Of a stretch of DNA of 64,000 bases, positions 26,968 to 41,677 are shown piece after piece. The translations under genes and the position numbers were made by a program. How positions within the stretch are numbered: the stretch's first letter is position 1; every line of letters begins with the position of its first letter. The DNA lies in the NCBI RefSeq assembly GCF_006345805.1, contig NC_043012.1:29202001-29266000 (forward strand), written 5' to 3'. Source of the DNA: Octopus sinensis. Taxonomy: Eukaryota. Under the pieces are notes generated by a model. The model worked only from the letters and a program-made list of their open reading frames with translations, was not told the DNA's origin and made no database searches.

Positions 26968-29155
26968 GCCGAAATACGTGTCATGATGGAGTAAGCTTAG
27001 TGTTTGAGCAATAACGAGCGGAGATGCTGATGAAACTTTATCAGAACCTTCCCGTAGGGTGCAAATATATTGCCTGAGATAGAATACTAAGCTAAAAACC
27101 ACTGATTTACAAATTTTCTCTTTTACTCTCTCAGTCCATTATATCTGCACCCTTTCTTTGGCCTCTGTTCTTCTTAAACTATCTGCAACTAGGATCACTG
27201 AATTAACCTTTGTACCTTTTGCCGTCCTTTTCACTTTTGTCTTAGCTTTCAAATCTTGCAACTCCTGAAGAATTCTGGAACGCATCTACTCAGGGTTTTT
27301 TTTTCTGTACGTATCGATCTGCAAGATGTTCAAATTGAAAATTAACCGCTCCAGTCTGCAAGAATCAGCAAATATTTTGGGAACTAATCTGCCTCTTTTG
27401 ATAACTCATTAAAAAGAAAAATAAGCACATAAATCAAATCACGTGTCTGCCAGTAATACTAATCTGAAATGCAACCCCACGTACTAAAGCATGCATATTG
27501 CCAAACACTAGCCAACTTATTAATCCCCGTTGTTAAATATGTGATTCGGACAGGCCTACTGATTGATTGCTTTTTTTTTTTCGTCAAGACAAACATTATC
27601 TTTTTTTTCGTTTTTAAACCAGTTATGATCACAATCAGCTTAAACAGTCTGTCTCTTTACAAAAATAAACCCACTTATTTTGTGGATTATCTGGGGGTTA
27701 TTTTTGACTTTTTTCGCAGACACTGATGTTTAAGGAATTTGACCAAGCAGCAACCACTATCACTTGATATTTCCTATCTTGAGATATATATTTTTCTACA
27801 TGGCCGCGCTAAAACAAACAGCTAAATCACCTCCAAATCATAGCCTACACTTTGAACACTTTTAATTTTTCCGTTCCGTTCTGTACACTGTACAACGGGT
27901 CGTTCTTGAATGGTTCCAGAGACACATCTATCGTCCAATCCTTTTTCTTTTCATGAGGTAGAAATGTTGTACGCGCGTCTCTCCATGACCATTCTTACAA
28001 CGAAGAAGGAGGAGGAGGAGGAAGAAGAAGAAGTAGAAGAAGAAGAAGAAAATAAAGAAAAAGAAAAGAAGAAAGAAAAGAAGGAGAGGAGGAAAAGAAG
28101 AAGGAAAAGAAGGAGAGGAGGAAAAGAAGAAGGAAGAGGAGGAGAGGAGGAAAAGAAAGGGAAAGAAAGGAAAAGAAGAAAATATCACAAGGATTTTTAT
28201 CCGACGCTTCAACGACTCCTACAATTTGTCGTCACTTTAACCGTTTACCTACGGTAGTTAATGTGTGAGTGTGTCACCAAGGCCGTCAAGAATCGTGAAA
28301 TTAATATTTCGAAAATTAGTTTCTAAACTTATTAAAAATAGAGTGTGCATGGAATTCGTAAATATAATATACGAATTACGAAAGTTGTATTTACAAATTC
28401 CATCCTACCGGTCTGACTTTAGCAAATCAGTTATTGATAACGTATATGTTTAGAAGGTTTAAAGAAAGCTGCATTGGATAATGTAGTCCATCACATGCTT
28501 CTTTAAACATGGAGTAGTCATAGGCGAAATGATTTTTGATGATAAGGATGACTTGGGGTAAAATAGCAAGAACTTTATAGTTAAGTGGACTCAGCAACTG
28601 ATAACTAGCTTTTTGCTCAAGGTAGGATATGAATTGCCAACCACTCGGTTAGTTGCGCCGTACGTTATCGACCCACTTATCCGTACATCCAAAACTAGAT
28701 GAGTTGGCGATGAATATTTCCTATAAGTCCCTATTTTCGTTTCCGATACACAACTAAAATTTCCAATAACAGAAAGAATTCACTAACATTTCTGAAGTAG
28801 TTTGATTCCTTGCTAACAATTCTCTCCTGATACCATTGACCACAAGGTGAATGTAATGATATGTAATAATATGGCTGCGTATGGCACGCGAAGTTTTGAG
28901 CAAAATTGACTCCATTTCGTCCTTTTCGCTTAATACGTTTTTCTGAAGTAGTTTGCTGCAGCTGTCAACTGCCGACTTTGATACCAACAATCCGGTATAT
29001 TTTCAAGAAAATAAGATGCTTAGAACTTATTTTATACATAAAAGACAACACTAAGATCGATGGGAATCTAAAAGAAACAAAAATAGAAAAATAGATCAAA
29101 GAGAGAGGCAAAGTTGATCATGACTGGAGATAGAGAGTGAGCGAGAGAAGGAGAG

Positions 29156-29186
<31 letters not shown>

Positions 29187-29188
29187 TA

Positions 29189-29232
<44 letters not shown>

Positions 29233-29371
29233 CAGTCAATAAAAGGAAAAAAAACTATTGAAGAAACAAGGTTACAGAGTGAGAAAAATAAATATTTGAC
29301 ATCCCATATTTGCACATATTACCTCAATCCTAGACAGATATAAGACAAAGTTTTCCATAGCAGTTTTGAAA

Positions 29372-29593
29372 TCAGAACCGTTAGCGCGCCGGGCGAAATG
29401 CTAAGCGGTATTTCGTCTGCCGTTACGTTGTGAGTTCAAATTCCGCCGAGGTCGACTTTGCCTTTCATCCTTTCGGGGTCGATAAATTAAGTACCAGTTA
29501 CGCACTGGGGTCGATGTAATCGACCTAACACCTATGTCTGTCTTTGTTTGTCCCCTCTGTGTTTAGCCCCTTGTGGGTAATAAAGAAATAGGT
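29372..29593 (+). mobile_element. tRNA-derived SINE with Nin-like domain
   Basis: GAGTTCAAATTCCGCCGAGGTCGACTTTGCCTTTCATCCTTTCGGGGTCGATAAATTAAGTACC; near-identical copy at 46608-46840. Confidence 0.85.
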
Positions 29594-30555
29594 GTCTTCA
29601 CGCCAATCACTCGAGTAACTTTATTTGGAATGTCTCTTTCTGGGGCAGAGGTACTGTCTAAAACAGGGAAGCAGGACTCCATCATGCGTCCACTCTGAGC
29701 TTTATAGAGGTTTATTACTTGTCGTTGTAAAGTATTTTCTGTTCCTGGCAAAAATTTAGTCTTCATGGTGCAGTATCTGCTAAGTTGAGAATATACGTTG
29801 GCCAGGATCGATCCTCGCATTTAAAGAAACCTGGAAGGATTTCGTAACGTGCTCTCATGTGGGCTGAGCTACGATAATGTTTGTATTTTTGTTCTGTTAA
29901 AGGAGAACTGATTAAGATTATTCTATTGGTGGATGCTTTCGAGGTCAATGTGCTTCATGGAGCCAGTGTAGGGTGAAATACGTGAGACGTTAAATCAAAC
30001 CTCAGGGGCATCAGAAATGACAGTGTCGGTCTGAGAGAGCTCCGCAAACACAGATCTCATGGTACAATCCGACAAAAAGCAACAACAACAAAGCAAAACA
30101 AAAAGAAAAACGTATTAAGCGAAAAGGGCCAAATGGAGTCAATTTTGCTCAAAACTTCGCGTGTCATACGCAGCCATATGTGTTATTAATAATGTTCAGG
30201 GCAGTCAGTGTATTTTCACCAACTTCTTAAAATTATTGAATCTCTAATAAATGTGACGTGTACGTTTTTTTTTTTTTGATTTCGGAGAATTTTATGGGTT
30301 AAAAAGAATCTGGCACGATTTGAACACAGAAGATACCAGTGCCAAGACTAATTACTGTAATATGCTCAGCTGCAGCTGTCAACTGCCGACTTTTATAAAA
30401 CTAAGCTGCATCAATGTAGAAACCAAAGGGTAAATAAAAAGTAATGAAACCTAATTATTATATTGAAACAGAACTGGAAGTGAAATTAGCTGGTGGCTTG
30501 AACATCACGATATGCTTCATTATAAGCATACAGGCCACACACACACACACACACA

Positions 30556-30594
<39 letters not shown>

Positions 30595-33500
30595 CATGTG
30601 TATGTGTATGTATCATGTATGCGTATTTGATAATTTAAGCCTGAGATTAGTTCTGTATTAAACGCTGTTGCTCTCTTCACTTGTACTGCATAACCTTAAG
30701 TTCTTATTCCCATGCAGAGATGACTGTCTCGCTCTACACATCTCATACTAGCGAGCACCCCCCAGCGTTTAATGGTTTCCACCTACTCGCCCATATCACT
30801 TCCTGTTAGCCTACGTTTACAAAATAAGATTTAATGTAGATATATAATTGCATTATTACATGGGTCGTTGAGGCCCCACAGAAAACCTGTTTTCTTTGTA
30901 GGGGTTCAAGAAAGGAATAGGTTCCACCGGTTTCCTATCTGTTTCTTTGGCGCTGCATGTCGACTTAAATTCAGGTAACAAAAGCACCCGACAGTTTTGC
31001 TCTTCTACACCTTCCATCAGAAAGAGCCCCAGTCGTTTGAATCATTAGAAATAACAGTTAAATCTCTCACAAATTACATTCTATTGTTTTGAAAAAGAGA
31101 GATGCACACTGGATAGTTAAACTGCTCAGATAATGATATATTCGGCGTTGAAAGTTAAGATAAATGATTGCAAGTTTCACAGAATATGAACCACTGACCC
31201 ATCGGCTTAGTATTTGACGCTTGATCCACCCAACCACCATCGTCCTCACATAATATCGATAGCAAGAACGAGGTAGAATGAGTATTTTAAAGTTGTATGT
31301 GTTCTTGGAAATATATAAGGCAGTGGATAGCAGTCCGCAAAGTAAAGGCAGAAGTCAGAACCAGAAGAGAGTGAAGAGAGAAAATTATTGCTTAAACTGA
31401 TTTAGTAATTAGAAAATGTTGGTCAAATTAAATATGGTTGAAAATATACTGAATATGTATATGAGGCAGTGGCATAGATAGTGTGTGTGCCGTCCGGGGC
31501 AACTCTTGAGGCCCCCTCCTCCAGCATCTCAAACCTATACAGGCTTATACAGAAGATCCAAAAGTGCAGCTCTCACAAAAGTGTCACCCTAGGTAATTAC
31601 CCTTCTCACTACCCCTAGTTGCCCTACGGATATGAATCTTACTAAATGTAACAGTAATGCGTGCTGTATTAATATCAACGTTATATACTACCGTTAATGT
31701 TTTTATGTTCGTGAGGTGACAATTAAAAGAAACCGTAACGAATATTAAATAGGAGAGTCTTAAGATACACCAATAGAATAAAATGAAAGACTGAACGAAT
31801 TTATATCGAAATTATTTGTACTAAATGAACTAGCTAAATGTTTGTTAGATTATGTTATAGGATTTCAGTCTGAGAAGTCAAAGGGTTGATGAAGTACCTG
31901 TGGATGGAAAAACGGAAGAGATAAATGAAATAATGAAACTAGGTTAATAAATGAAATGAGGTATTTTGTAAACGGTGTCAAACAATTTATTAAAAGAGGC
32001 AATAAAATACTTGTGAATGAAAGGAGTGCAGTAATTAAATTGGATTATTAAATGGAAGGGAATGGAAGAAAAGGGGACAAAATATATAAATAACTAAATA
32101 TAATAGATAAAGATACTTAATTGGTTAGGTGATAAGGAAAAGTAACAAAGAAAGAAACATTTTGCAGTGAGGATAAAATAAGGATCTCATAGAGAATAAA
32201 CAGTGTATATGTATCGAGATAAATCGATTTCAACTTTTGGTTGATCACATCGACCCCAGTGAACAACTAGTTCTTATTTTATCGATCACGAAAAGCAAAG
32301 TCGAGTGAAATGCCGCTAAGCATTTTACCCGGCGAGCTAACGTTTCTGCTAGCTCGTCACTTTTGTATCGAGATAAACACCTATATACAAAAGTGAGAAA
32401 TGCTACTCTGTCGGAAAAATGAAAATATGGGAAAAGAGTTAAACTCGGGATCAGTGACAGCTCGCAGATAAAATTGGGGCGGGGGGCTGCTTCAGAAAAG
32501 TTTAGCCGTTGTTTACACAATGTATAAAAGGAAACAAACATATAAAAAGAAAATTTATACGTAAACTTGATCGGTTCGAGTTTTAGCCACTGCCGAGTAG
32601 TGTGCTTAATTTGTTCACTAAACATCCCCGCGAATTCCCCCTTGTTTTTCAAAAATCCCCCTAAATCACAAAATGGGGTGGTGGTGGTGGGGATGTGCCC
32701 TATTTTTCAAATCCTGGCATAAACACTAGCTGGAAGCAGGATAATAATCTAATTCTACACTTTATCACATTCAAGAATATAAACACATTTTTAAGCACAA
32801 CACACACGGAGTCAAAAAGAAACACTATCTTCCACCCGGCACTATCGTTCACGCAGCACTCTCTCTCCCTAGTATGAAGCTTTCTATCTTAGACATGTGA
32901 GCATGCACACAACAACAGTCAAACACTGCGTCGCTGGAACTGCGAAGCACACAGTTCTATACAAGGATTTTTGTATTTTTTTCATAAACTAGGGGACGGC
33001 TACTGACATTAAGCTTAAGGATTATATAATGTACAAGTATAAAGAAAGAATTAAAGAAACAAAGGGCTCATTATATTGAATGTTATCGATAGTATCGAGT
33101 GGAAATGGGGGGGGGGGCTGCAGTTCCGCAGTTCCTATACACGAGCCGCCACATACAATTCGATCAACCGAAATACACTGATATGAAACTGAGTCCCATT
33201 TCTTCTGTCCATGTATAGTTACGTAAGCGTGTTCTTGGGAATATATAGGGCAGTGAATAGTGGTCCGCAAAATAGAGGCAGAGGTTAGAAGCAGGATAGA
33301 GTTTTTAAAAAAATCATTGTTTAAATAAAGCGTTCAACCTTTTACGCAAATCAATCAATATTCTTCATTGTTTTCTTTTGGTCCACACAAATTTCAATTC
33401 AGTATTGAACACGCGCCAGTTTTTCAGTGTAGCTTCTGTCAACAATCGTGCTCCATAGCTGCCCTTATACCAGCATTTGTGCGTTTGAAAATATATTGTC

Positions 33501-34889
33501 TTATTTGTATCTCACAATTTGTATTTCAGCGCTTCTAGGGCAAACATTGGTTTACATTTATCGTATATATATATATATAAGCCTCAACCAGTGCAATAAA
33601 CCTTAGCACCAATATATACTATATTACCCATACAATCATACATCTATAACTGAACATTATTCGACAATGACAGAAGTCTGAAAAATAGAAAAAAGACAAC
33701 AAAATGCATTTATAACGAAATCAATATTTTTCTTTGTAATACAAGTATCGATTCTTTTACAAGCTTCGGAGCCATTCTTATAAGTATGTAACCGATTATA
33801 TCCAACTTGATACTTACTTAATTAAACTCTGAAGGATCGCTTAGACTGGATTTCAGCTCAGAACGTGAAGGAACGTAACCAAATATTACAAGATGTTTGT
33901 ACTTGCCACTCTACCGATTTTACCATTCACCATTTTGTATATTTCCAAAATCACCATATTGCTTTAAAATAGGAGCTAACGACGACATGAGGTCTCGAAT
34001 AAAACAGTGGGAATCATTTGCAATCGTTTATTTAATCGAATTCCTACGGAGAGACGAGGTTTCTTTTGAAAATTCAAACTACCCATATAATTATATATTT
34101 AGGTTAAATGTTATTTATTGAACGTAGGGAAACAGAAAACGCAGGTGGAAATCATAAAGTGGCATGGGATGGGTGTTCATCTGTATAAGGCGCGTATACT
34201 TTATTATTGTCTACATGGAAAGAATACAAGACTATGCAGCGCTGCAAGGCACAACGTCAAGCATATAATATCAGACTTATATGATGCACACCGACGCGCA
34301 TAGACTCACACACGCGCCGCGCGAGCGTGCATGTGTGTGTGTGTGTTATGAATTAGCGGCTAGGTGCCTAATATAAATGTGCTAAGACACAAGCAGTATA
34401 GTTAAGTGGGAACTAACGCACTTAATTATGTGAGCACCAAAATATTTTAATGAAATAAGATTACACCCCAAGTGAAGCGAATATTCATTAGTTTTAATTA
34501 TTAAGTCATGTTGAAATGTAAATGGAATTAAATGCAATTTAATTTTAAATAATGAACGGGGAATGCAGTTAACAGTGAGTCTGATGTCTGGTAAGTACGG
34601 TAACAATTGCAGTCATATTTCCATGTTATAATCCACGTCAGCATCCCTGAGTTCATTCGCTGAGTAGTTGCAAATATCTTGGGCGGTAAACAAAAAGATT
34701 TAAACCTGCCATCACTATTGAACGACTTCTCGGTATTAAAGAAGCCATAATGTCTTTAAATTTTGAGGAAACCTCTTAAGAACATCTTTCTGGAAGCGGC
34801 CTACTGTCCGATTATCGTTTAGGAGGACGGAACTTGGAAATCGTTGTCAATGCTATTCTTGTTAAAGAATCATATATATATATATATGC

Positions 34890-34960
<71 letters not shown>

Positions 34961-35073
34961 TACTTACAAACATACATACACACATATATATATATGTGTA
35001 TGTATGTGTGTGTGTTTGTATATATATATATATACATACATACATATATATATACACACACACACATACACAT

Positions 35074-35141
<68 letters not shown>

Positions 35142-35144
35142 AAT

Positions 35145-35668
35145 TTATAAACAAGGGCAAAAGAAAAAAATTCTAATGCCAAATATGCCGAAAAAAGACA
35201 AATTGTCAATAACCATATAATTTATCACTATAAATACATGTCTCGAAACAAGCCGACAGAAATTTCTAAAAAATTCCGTTATTACCGTATCGGTCCCAAT
35301 TTCAGAGTTAATTCATAAGAATTTTCTCCTCGTCAGCGATAAATACGTAAGACATAAATGAAATACTTACTCGTACCAATGGAAGAAGCAAGCACTAAGT
35401 CATGAGCAGACCTAAGTACTCCAAATATATCCAAAATAGAAATTCTCCAGCACATCTCGAGACACGTGCGATTTCGAACTGAAAATTCTCACAGTGAGAG
35501 AGTCCGGAAGTGAACACTATTAAATTTACATCTAATATAGGATAAAATTTTTCGAAAAAAATTTTATCAACTAATATAGATTGTTTATAAATTGTTTATA
35601 AATTTAACCTTTGAAGGTATTTTTTAATATGCTGGCCATTGATACAATTTCTTTTCGAAAAATTTTAT

Positions 35669-35670
<2 letters not shown>
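35145..35670 (-). mobile_element. PLE-type terminal fragment between microsatellites, with HHR-like motif at 35288-35341
   Basis: TATCG-CTGACGA-GGAG..CTCT-GAAA-TTGGGAC-CGATA; stem III and cleavage site degenerate. Confidence 0.55.
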
Positions 35671-35753
<83 letters not shown>

Positions 35754-35759
35754 TATAAC

Positions 35760-36134
<375 letters not shown>

Positions 36135-36142
36135 ATATATTA

Positions 36143-36485
36143 CGGAGATGTACTTGCATAGCAAGTGATCTGAGATCGTGTGCTGAAACGAAAACAATTG
36201 CAGCGTGGAAGGTGTTCGTAAGCCATTTAAGAAACACACAAAAGCCGTTCGATTCACTTCAACATTAAATTTAATTTGTCAAAATATTTTCGTCGCTTTG
36301 AGACCGCGACCTGTTCACTGACAAAAATCCGTGCTGAGATGCAGCACGAATTTTTGTCAGTGAACAGGTCGCGGTCTCAAAGCGACGAAAATATTTTGAC
36401 AAATTAAATTTAAATGTTGAAGTGAATCGAACGGCTTTTGTGTGTTTCTTAAATGGCTTACAAACACCTTCCACGCTGCAATTGT
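36143..36485. mobile_element. Fold-back element with ~143-bp arms, each carrying a G3-C8 variant HHR (36275-36325 minus, 36353-36403 plus)
   Basis: Arms 36194-36336 and 36342-36485, loop AGATG; TTTGTCA-GTGAACA-G-GTCGC ggtctcaaa GCGAC-GAAA-ATAT-TT-TGACAAA. Confidence 0.88.
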
Positions 36486-36502
36486 ATATATATATTTTCT
36501 TC

Positions 36503-36566
36503 AAGTTTTCTTCAAGTTCTTGTAAGATTTTTCTAGACGTATGTATATAATTGCGTATCTTGCCCG

Positions 36567-36621
<55 letters not shown>

Positions 36622-36691
36622 TATAGGCGGGCAAGATACGCAGTTATATACATACGTCTAGAAAAATCTTACAAGAACTTGAAGAAAACTT
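36503..36691. repeat. Palindrome: ~65-bp inverted arms around a (TA)n centre
   Basis: AAGTTTTCTTCAAGTTCTTG..TTGCCCGCC (TA)n GGCGGGCAA..CAAGAACTTGAAGAAAACTT. Confidence 0.9.
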
Positions 36692-36694
36692 TGG

Positions 36695-37055
36695 CAGTGT
36701 CAGATACACAAACATTAGAACGGGGCGCCATTGCATAGTACCATAAATCCCAACATTGTCATCAGGATACAGGATCAGATCAGATCCTGGAATAGCTTGG
36801 GCTTTAAGTGCCTACAGCTCTTTAATATTCTCTCACAAAACCCGAGAGTTCCAGATGGGATGGGTGTAGGCGTCTTCAAGACCAAACTAGATCTCCCCCA
36901 GTCAAGAGTTCTGGAGGAACCTACTTCGCGGCAGGAAACGCAGATGAGGGCAGCAGCATGGATCTCCCTCATTCACCAACTACCATACAGATGAGGTTTA
37001 GTGAAAGTGTAGCAAAGCAAAGGACGATACTCCAGCCTGGCCGAAGCGCTCTAGC
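36695..37055 (+). mobile_element. 3' end of a CR1/Crack-like LINE
   Basis: NSLGFKCLQLFNILSQ..VGVFKTKLD..EPT; same motif class as 43705-44315. Confidence 0.6.
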
Positions 37056-37089
37056 TTAAACTAGAGATATGTGTGTGTGTGTGTGTGTA

Positions 37090-37815
37090 AACATTATCGG
37101 TCACACACACATAACGCACACGACTTGTGTTTGCTGGTAGGCTGTGATTAGGTGTGGTGGAGATTACTTTCTCAAAATGCCTGGTGTTAAAACATCTGAA
37201 AGTCATGGACAAGCGAGACAACTCACCCGAAATCTCATCCAGGAGTGATGGACATCGATGTTTCGCCATCTTTGTGGCTTATCAACATCACGTCTCCGAA
37301 CCGAATCGATGGTGAATCGTACCGTCAGTCTATGACTTATATGCATATAGTGTTGGTATGCCCCGAAATATGAAATAGAAGCAGCGCTAGAGTAATAAGC
37401 ATTATCGACCACACATACTTGACGTACAAGACAAGCGTGTTTGCCAGTACGCTGCGAACTAGCGTGTTGGAGATTACTCTCTCAAATCGCTGGGTGTTAA
37501 GACACTTGAAAGTCATGGACAAGCGAGAAAACTCATCCCAAATCTATACGATTCGTCTTAAATTTGGTTCGGGTATGCGATGTTCATAAACCACAATAAT
37601 GGTGAAACATCGCTAACCATAATTTCTGAATGGGATTTCGGGTGAGTTGTCTCACCTGTCCATGAATTTCATGTGTTTTAACACCCTGCGCTTTGAGAGA
37701 GTAATCTTCACCACGCTAATCGCAGCCTACCGGCAAACACAAGACCTTTCTACGTTAAGTAGGTGTGGTTGATAATGTTTACTACACTAGTGCTCATTCT
37801 ATTTCATATTTGAGT
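37090..37815. mobile_element. Diverged fold-back MITE (37362-37815) with an extra arm copy upstream (37090-37330)
   Basis: Ends GAAATATGAAATAGAA / TTCTATTTCATATTT; segment GGAGATTACT..GAAAGTCATGGACAAGCGAG occurs twice direct and once inverted. Confidence 0.75.
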
Positions 37816-37831
37816 ATATATATATATATAT

Positions 37832-38364
<533 letters not shown>

Positions 38365-38399
38365 TATACATACATGTATTTGTGTGTGTGTGTGCGTGT

Positions 38400-40710
38400 G
38401 TGTATAAGAGTGTTGTAGTTCACTTGAAGCATTGTAGTACCGAACAAGAGAAAGAAAATGGAAATTAAGAAAGCTTCTGACAATGTGGAAAGTTTTATAA
38501 AAGTCTTTCTATTTCTGGCGTAAAAGACCATCCTCAGAAGGAAACAATCTGGGAAATGTTCAGTTACACAGGTTCTGTTACCCTACTTAAACTGCTCGGC
38601 ATTATGTTAGTAGTAGTAGTAGTAGTAGTAGTAGTAGCAATCACTCTCCAACTGTTGGTGTAATCAACTCTCCGCGTTGGTGTATGCAATCCTTCAATTA
38701 TTGGTGCAGGCAACTCACCAACTGTTGGTTGATGTAATGGGCTAGCAACAGTAGCAGCAACTCTCCAACTGTTGGTATATGCGATTCTCCGACTGTTGGT
38801 TCTACGACATATAATCACGTGGCGATGGTGGTAGTGGTGGTGGTGGTGGTTCATATTATAGTGTCCGTTGCAGTCGCAATAATGTTTTCATAGGAACCAC
38901 CGGCTCAATTCCGATCAACAAAACTCTATATTAAAAAAAACAAACAAACTTAGGCTGAAGAACCTGGTCTACCTCCCCTCCGACAAAGGCAGAGACTTTT
39001 GTGTCATTACACAGCTCCCATATGACAATTTAGCGTTCCGGTACCTTAACAACAACAGTTAAAACCATTGGAGTCACTGCGACCATACTGGAAGACCTGA
39101 TCAACATCTGTAACCGGTGTAAACTCCCAGCGAAGATAAAAAGGAACTTCACCACGCGCAACAGTAGAGTGCCTACATAGTACCATCTCATCAAAACGCA
39201 TAAACAGCGACCTGACCGCCACATCAGACCCATAGTATTCTGCATAGAGGGATCATTTTACAAAATCCCGTGGCTCCTATCCAGAATCCTGTAAACCCTT
39301 CTGTCGATTTTCCCAGGTCGAACCCGACGTATTCAGACGCAACAAATATTCTTTCCTTTTAGACATCGTCTCACTATACACCTCGGTTCCTGCCCTTCCT
39401 GCAGTCGCTTTCTCGAACTTACACTGTTTCGGCATTCACCAGGTATAGTTATTACCACTCATTTCAGCTTGTTTGGCAACACGTATAAATAGTGTTCAGG
39501 CCGGCTTATAGGATCCAGCCTCTCAAGCCTGCTCGCTATTGCTTACGTAGACCGACTGGAGTATATGGCACTCAGTACCCGCCACTCATATGCTTTTCTC
39601 TCCATGTATGTGGACAACATCCTCATGCTCACTCCATCCCAAGTGGACGCTTCCACTATTCAGGCTGGAACAACATATTAGCTTCATCATCCAACATCTA
39701 AACAGCAATGATTCTTGCTTGACTCTCGGCTAAACATCACGGACGAGGGAAAAATTAAGACAACGTTCTACAGAAAATTTGCTAAAATGATCTACGTCCA
39801 TAGTGAGATCGCCCAGATGCACAAAAGATGCAGTGACGTCACCAAGCAGGACGCACATAGTACTCAGTTCCTAAAGGTACTTGAAACCAACGGATATTCA
39901 ATGTCCGTTACTAACTCTATACACGAAAACAGGTCAGTTAAACCTCGTAAGAGGGATCTTTCTAAGACCAGTTTCTCGAAGATTCCTCACTTCAATGAAA
40001 AGACCACTTCTATCATTTACAAGGCAATCCGGAGGGAAGGGCACGATATTCTACTGGCCCATTCAGGACCGTCCCTTTGTAAACACTTAACAACGAGGTG
40101 GTTACGTGCGAAAACGCACCAACGAACTGCCCCATTCGCAACACTAACATCTGCCTACGTACGTGCGTAGTATACCAAATACGATGCTCCAAATGCAACA
40201 ACTACTACATCGGTTGCACATTACGACGACCACTCCACGTTTTACTCCCAACACGTCTTCCTTCCAGACGCGGCAACAACACTAAAGAGAAAATTAACAG
40301 TTGATTGAAGTTAGCTCCTATGAAAACATCACTGCGACTACAACAAACACCATAATATGCACCGCCGCCACCACCACCACCACCATTACCACCATCATCA
40401 GTTAGAGAGTCGGTGTTACTACTGCTAACCCGTTACATCAACAAACAGTTGGCGAGTTACCTACACCAACAGTTGGAGGGTTGCTTACACCAACGCCTGG
40501 AGAATTGTTTACACCAACAGTTGGAGAGTGGCAGCTACTACTGCGAACATAATGCCGAGCAGTTTGAGTAGGGTAACAGAACCTGTGTAACTGGACATTT
40601 CCCAGATTGTTTCCTTCTGAGGATGGGCTTTTACGCCTGAAATAGAAAGATTTTCGTAAAAACTTCCGCATTGTCAGAAGCTTTCTTATCTTCTCTTTTC
40701 TTTCCCTTAT
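38400..40710 (+). mobile_element. Decayed Penelope-like element with inverted terminal repeats (~38440-38790, ~40400-40710), each with an HHR-like core
   Basis: YHLIKTHK..IRPIV (PLE RT); CLRTCVVYQIRCSKCNNYYIGCT (GIY-YIG, 40098-40304); CTGAGGA-T-GGGC..GCCT-GAAA-TA at 40617-40644, mirrored at 38504-38544. Confidence 0.85.
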
Positions 40711-40719
40711 ATATGTGTA

Positions 40720-40813
<94 letters not shown>

Positions 40814-41179
40814 CATGTGTGTGTGTGTAGAATGATTCGGAGGTTTCTTTATCATTTTTATTTTATAGAATATTAGAATGTTAAAGGATTTTTTAAACAC
40901 CCTATGTATAAAAGCATATATAATACATTATGCCAAATAAGTCATTCATTGAAATTATTTTTGCATCAAGAGCAGGCGAATAAATAACTAGTAGACTGAC
41001 TAGTAGAATAAATAACTAGTAGACTGACTGCAAAGAAGATAATTACAAGAAGCATGGATCCTCTGGAATTGATATAGCACGAACGAAAATTTTTGTTTTT
41101 TGCTTTTCCTGGAAATAAAAACACAACTACCGACACGTTTCTGCCTTACTGGCCCGCTGTGACGTTTTTCGCTTAGCTC

Positions 41180-41233
<54 letters not shown>

Positions 41234-41677
41234 GGGTTTATATATACATATATATATATACAGAAGGGTTTACAGGATATATTTATATATATATATATAT
41301 TATATATATATATATATATGAGAGAAGGAGAAAATAGAATTCACGGCATTCTTTTAGATCATTACGATCGTTTTGACTCATCGGTCCCTCGTGGGTGAGA
41401 TTATGTACAACTGGTTGTGGTGTATCATTCGGTGCAGATCTGCCTCTTCTCAAACGGAACCTCGCTCAATAAACTCGGTTTAATAAAGAATTTCATAAGT
41501 TCCATTTTCTCTTTCTCTCATTTGTTATATACTCAACGGACATTCAGAAATTTCTGAAGTAAATCCAGTGGGACTTATATAATACGGTTGATGACATCAG
41601 GTAGCCGAAAAGAGTGAATATGCTTTAAACGGCATACTAAGAGGTCTACACCAAAATTTTAAATTATTACTAATAAA

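Noticed and set aside
27910-28257. E/K/R-rich ORF
   Set aside because: Purine-rich low-complexity tract (GAA/GGA repeats)
38640-38800. Palindromic short repeats resembling a CRISPR array
   Set aside because: Degenerate tandem units without unique spacers, no cas genes, eukaryotic transposon context
41124-41160. Minus-strand GCC agtaa GGC-A-GAAA-CGTG-TC half hammerhead
   Set aside because: CUGANGA and the 5' strand of stem I are missing; at best a truncated remnant, so not counted
41358-41460. Minus-strand AAAACGATCGTA as another HHR
   Set aside because: G12 is absent and no clear core or stems can be assigned; not counted
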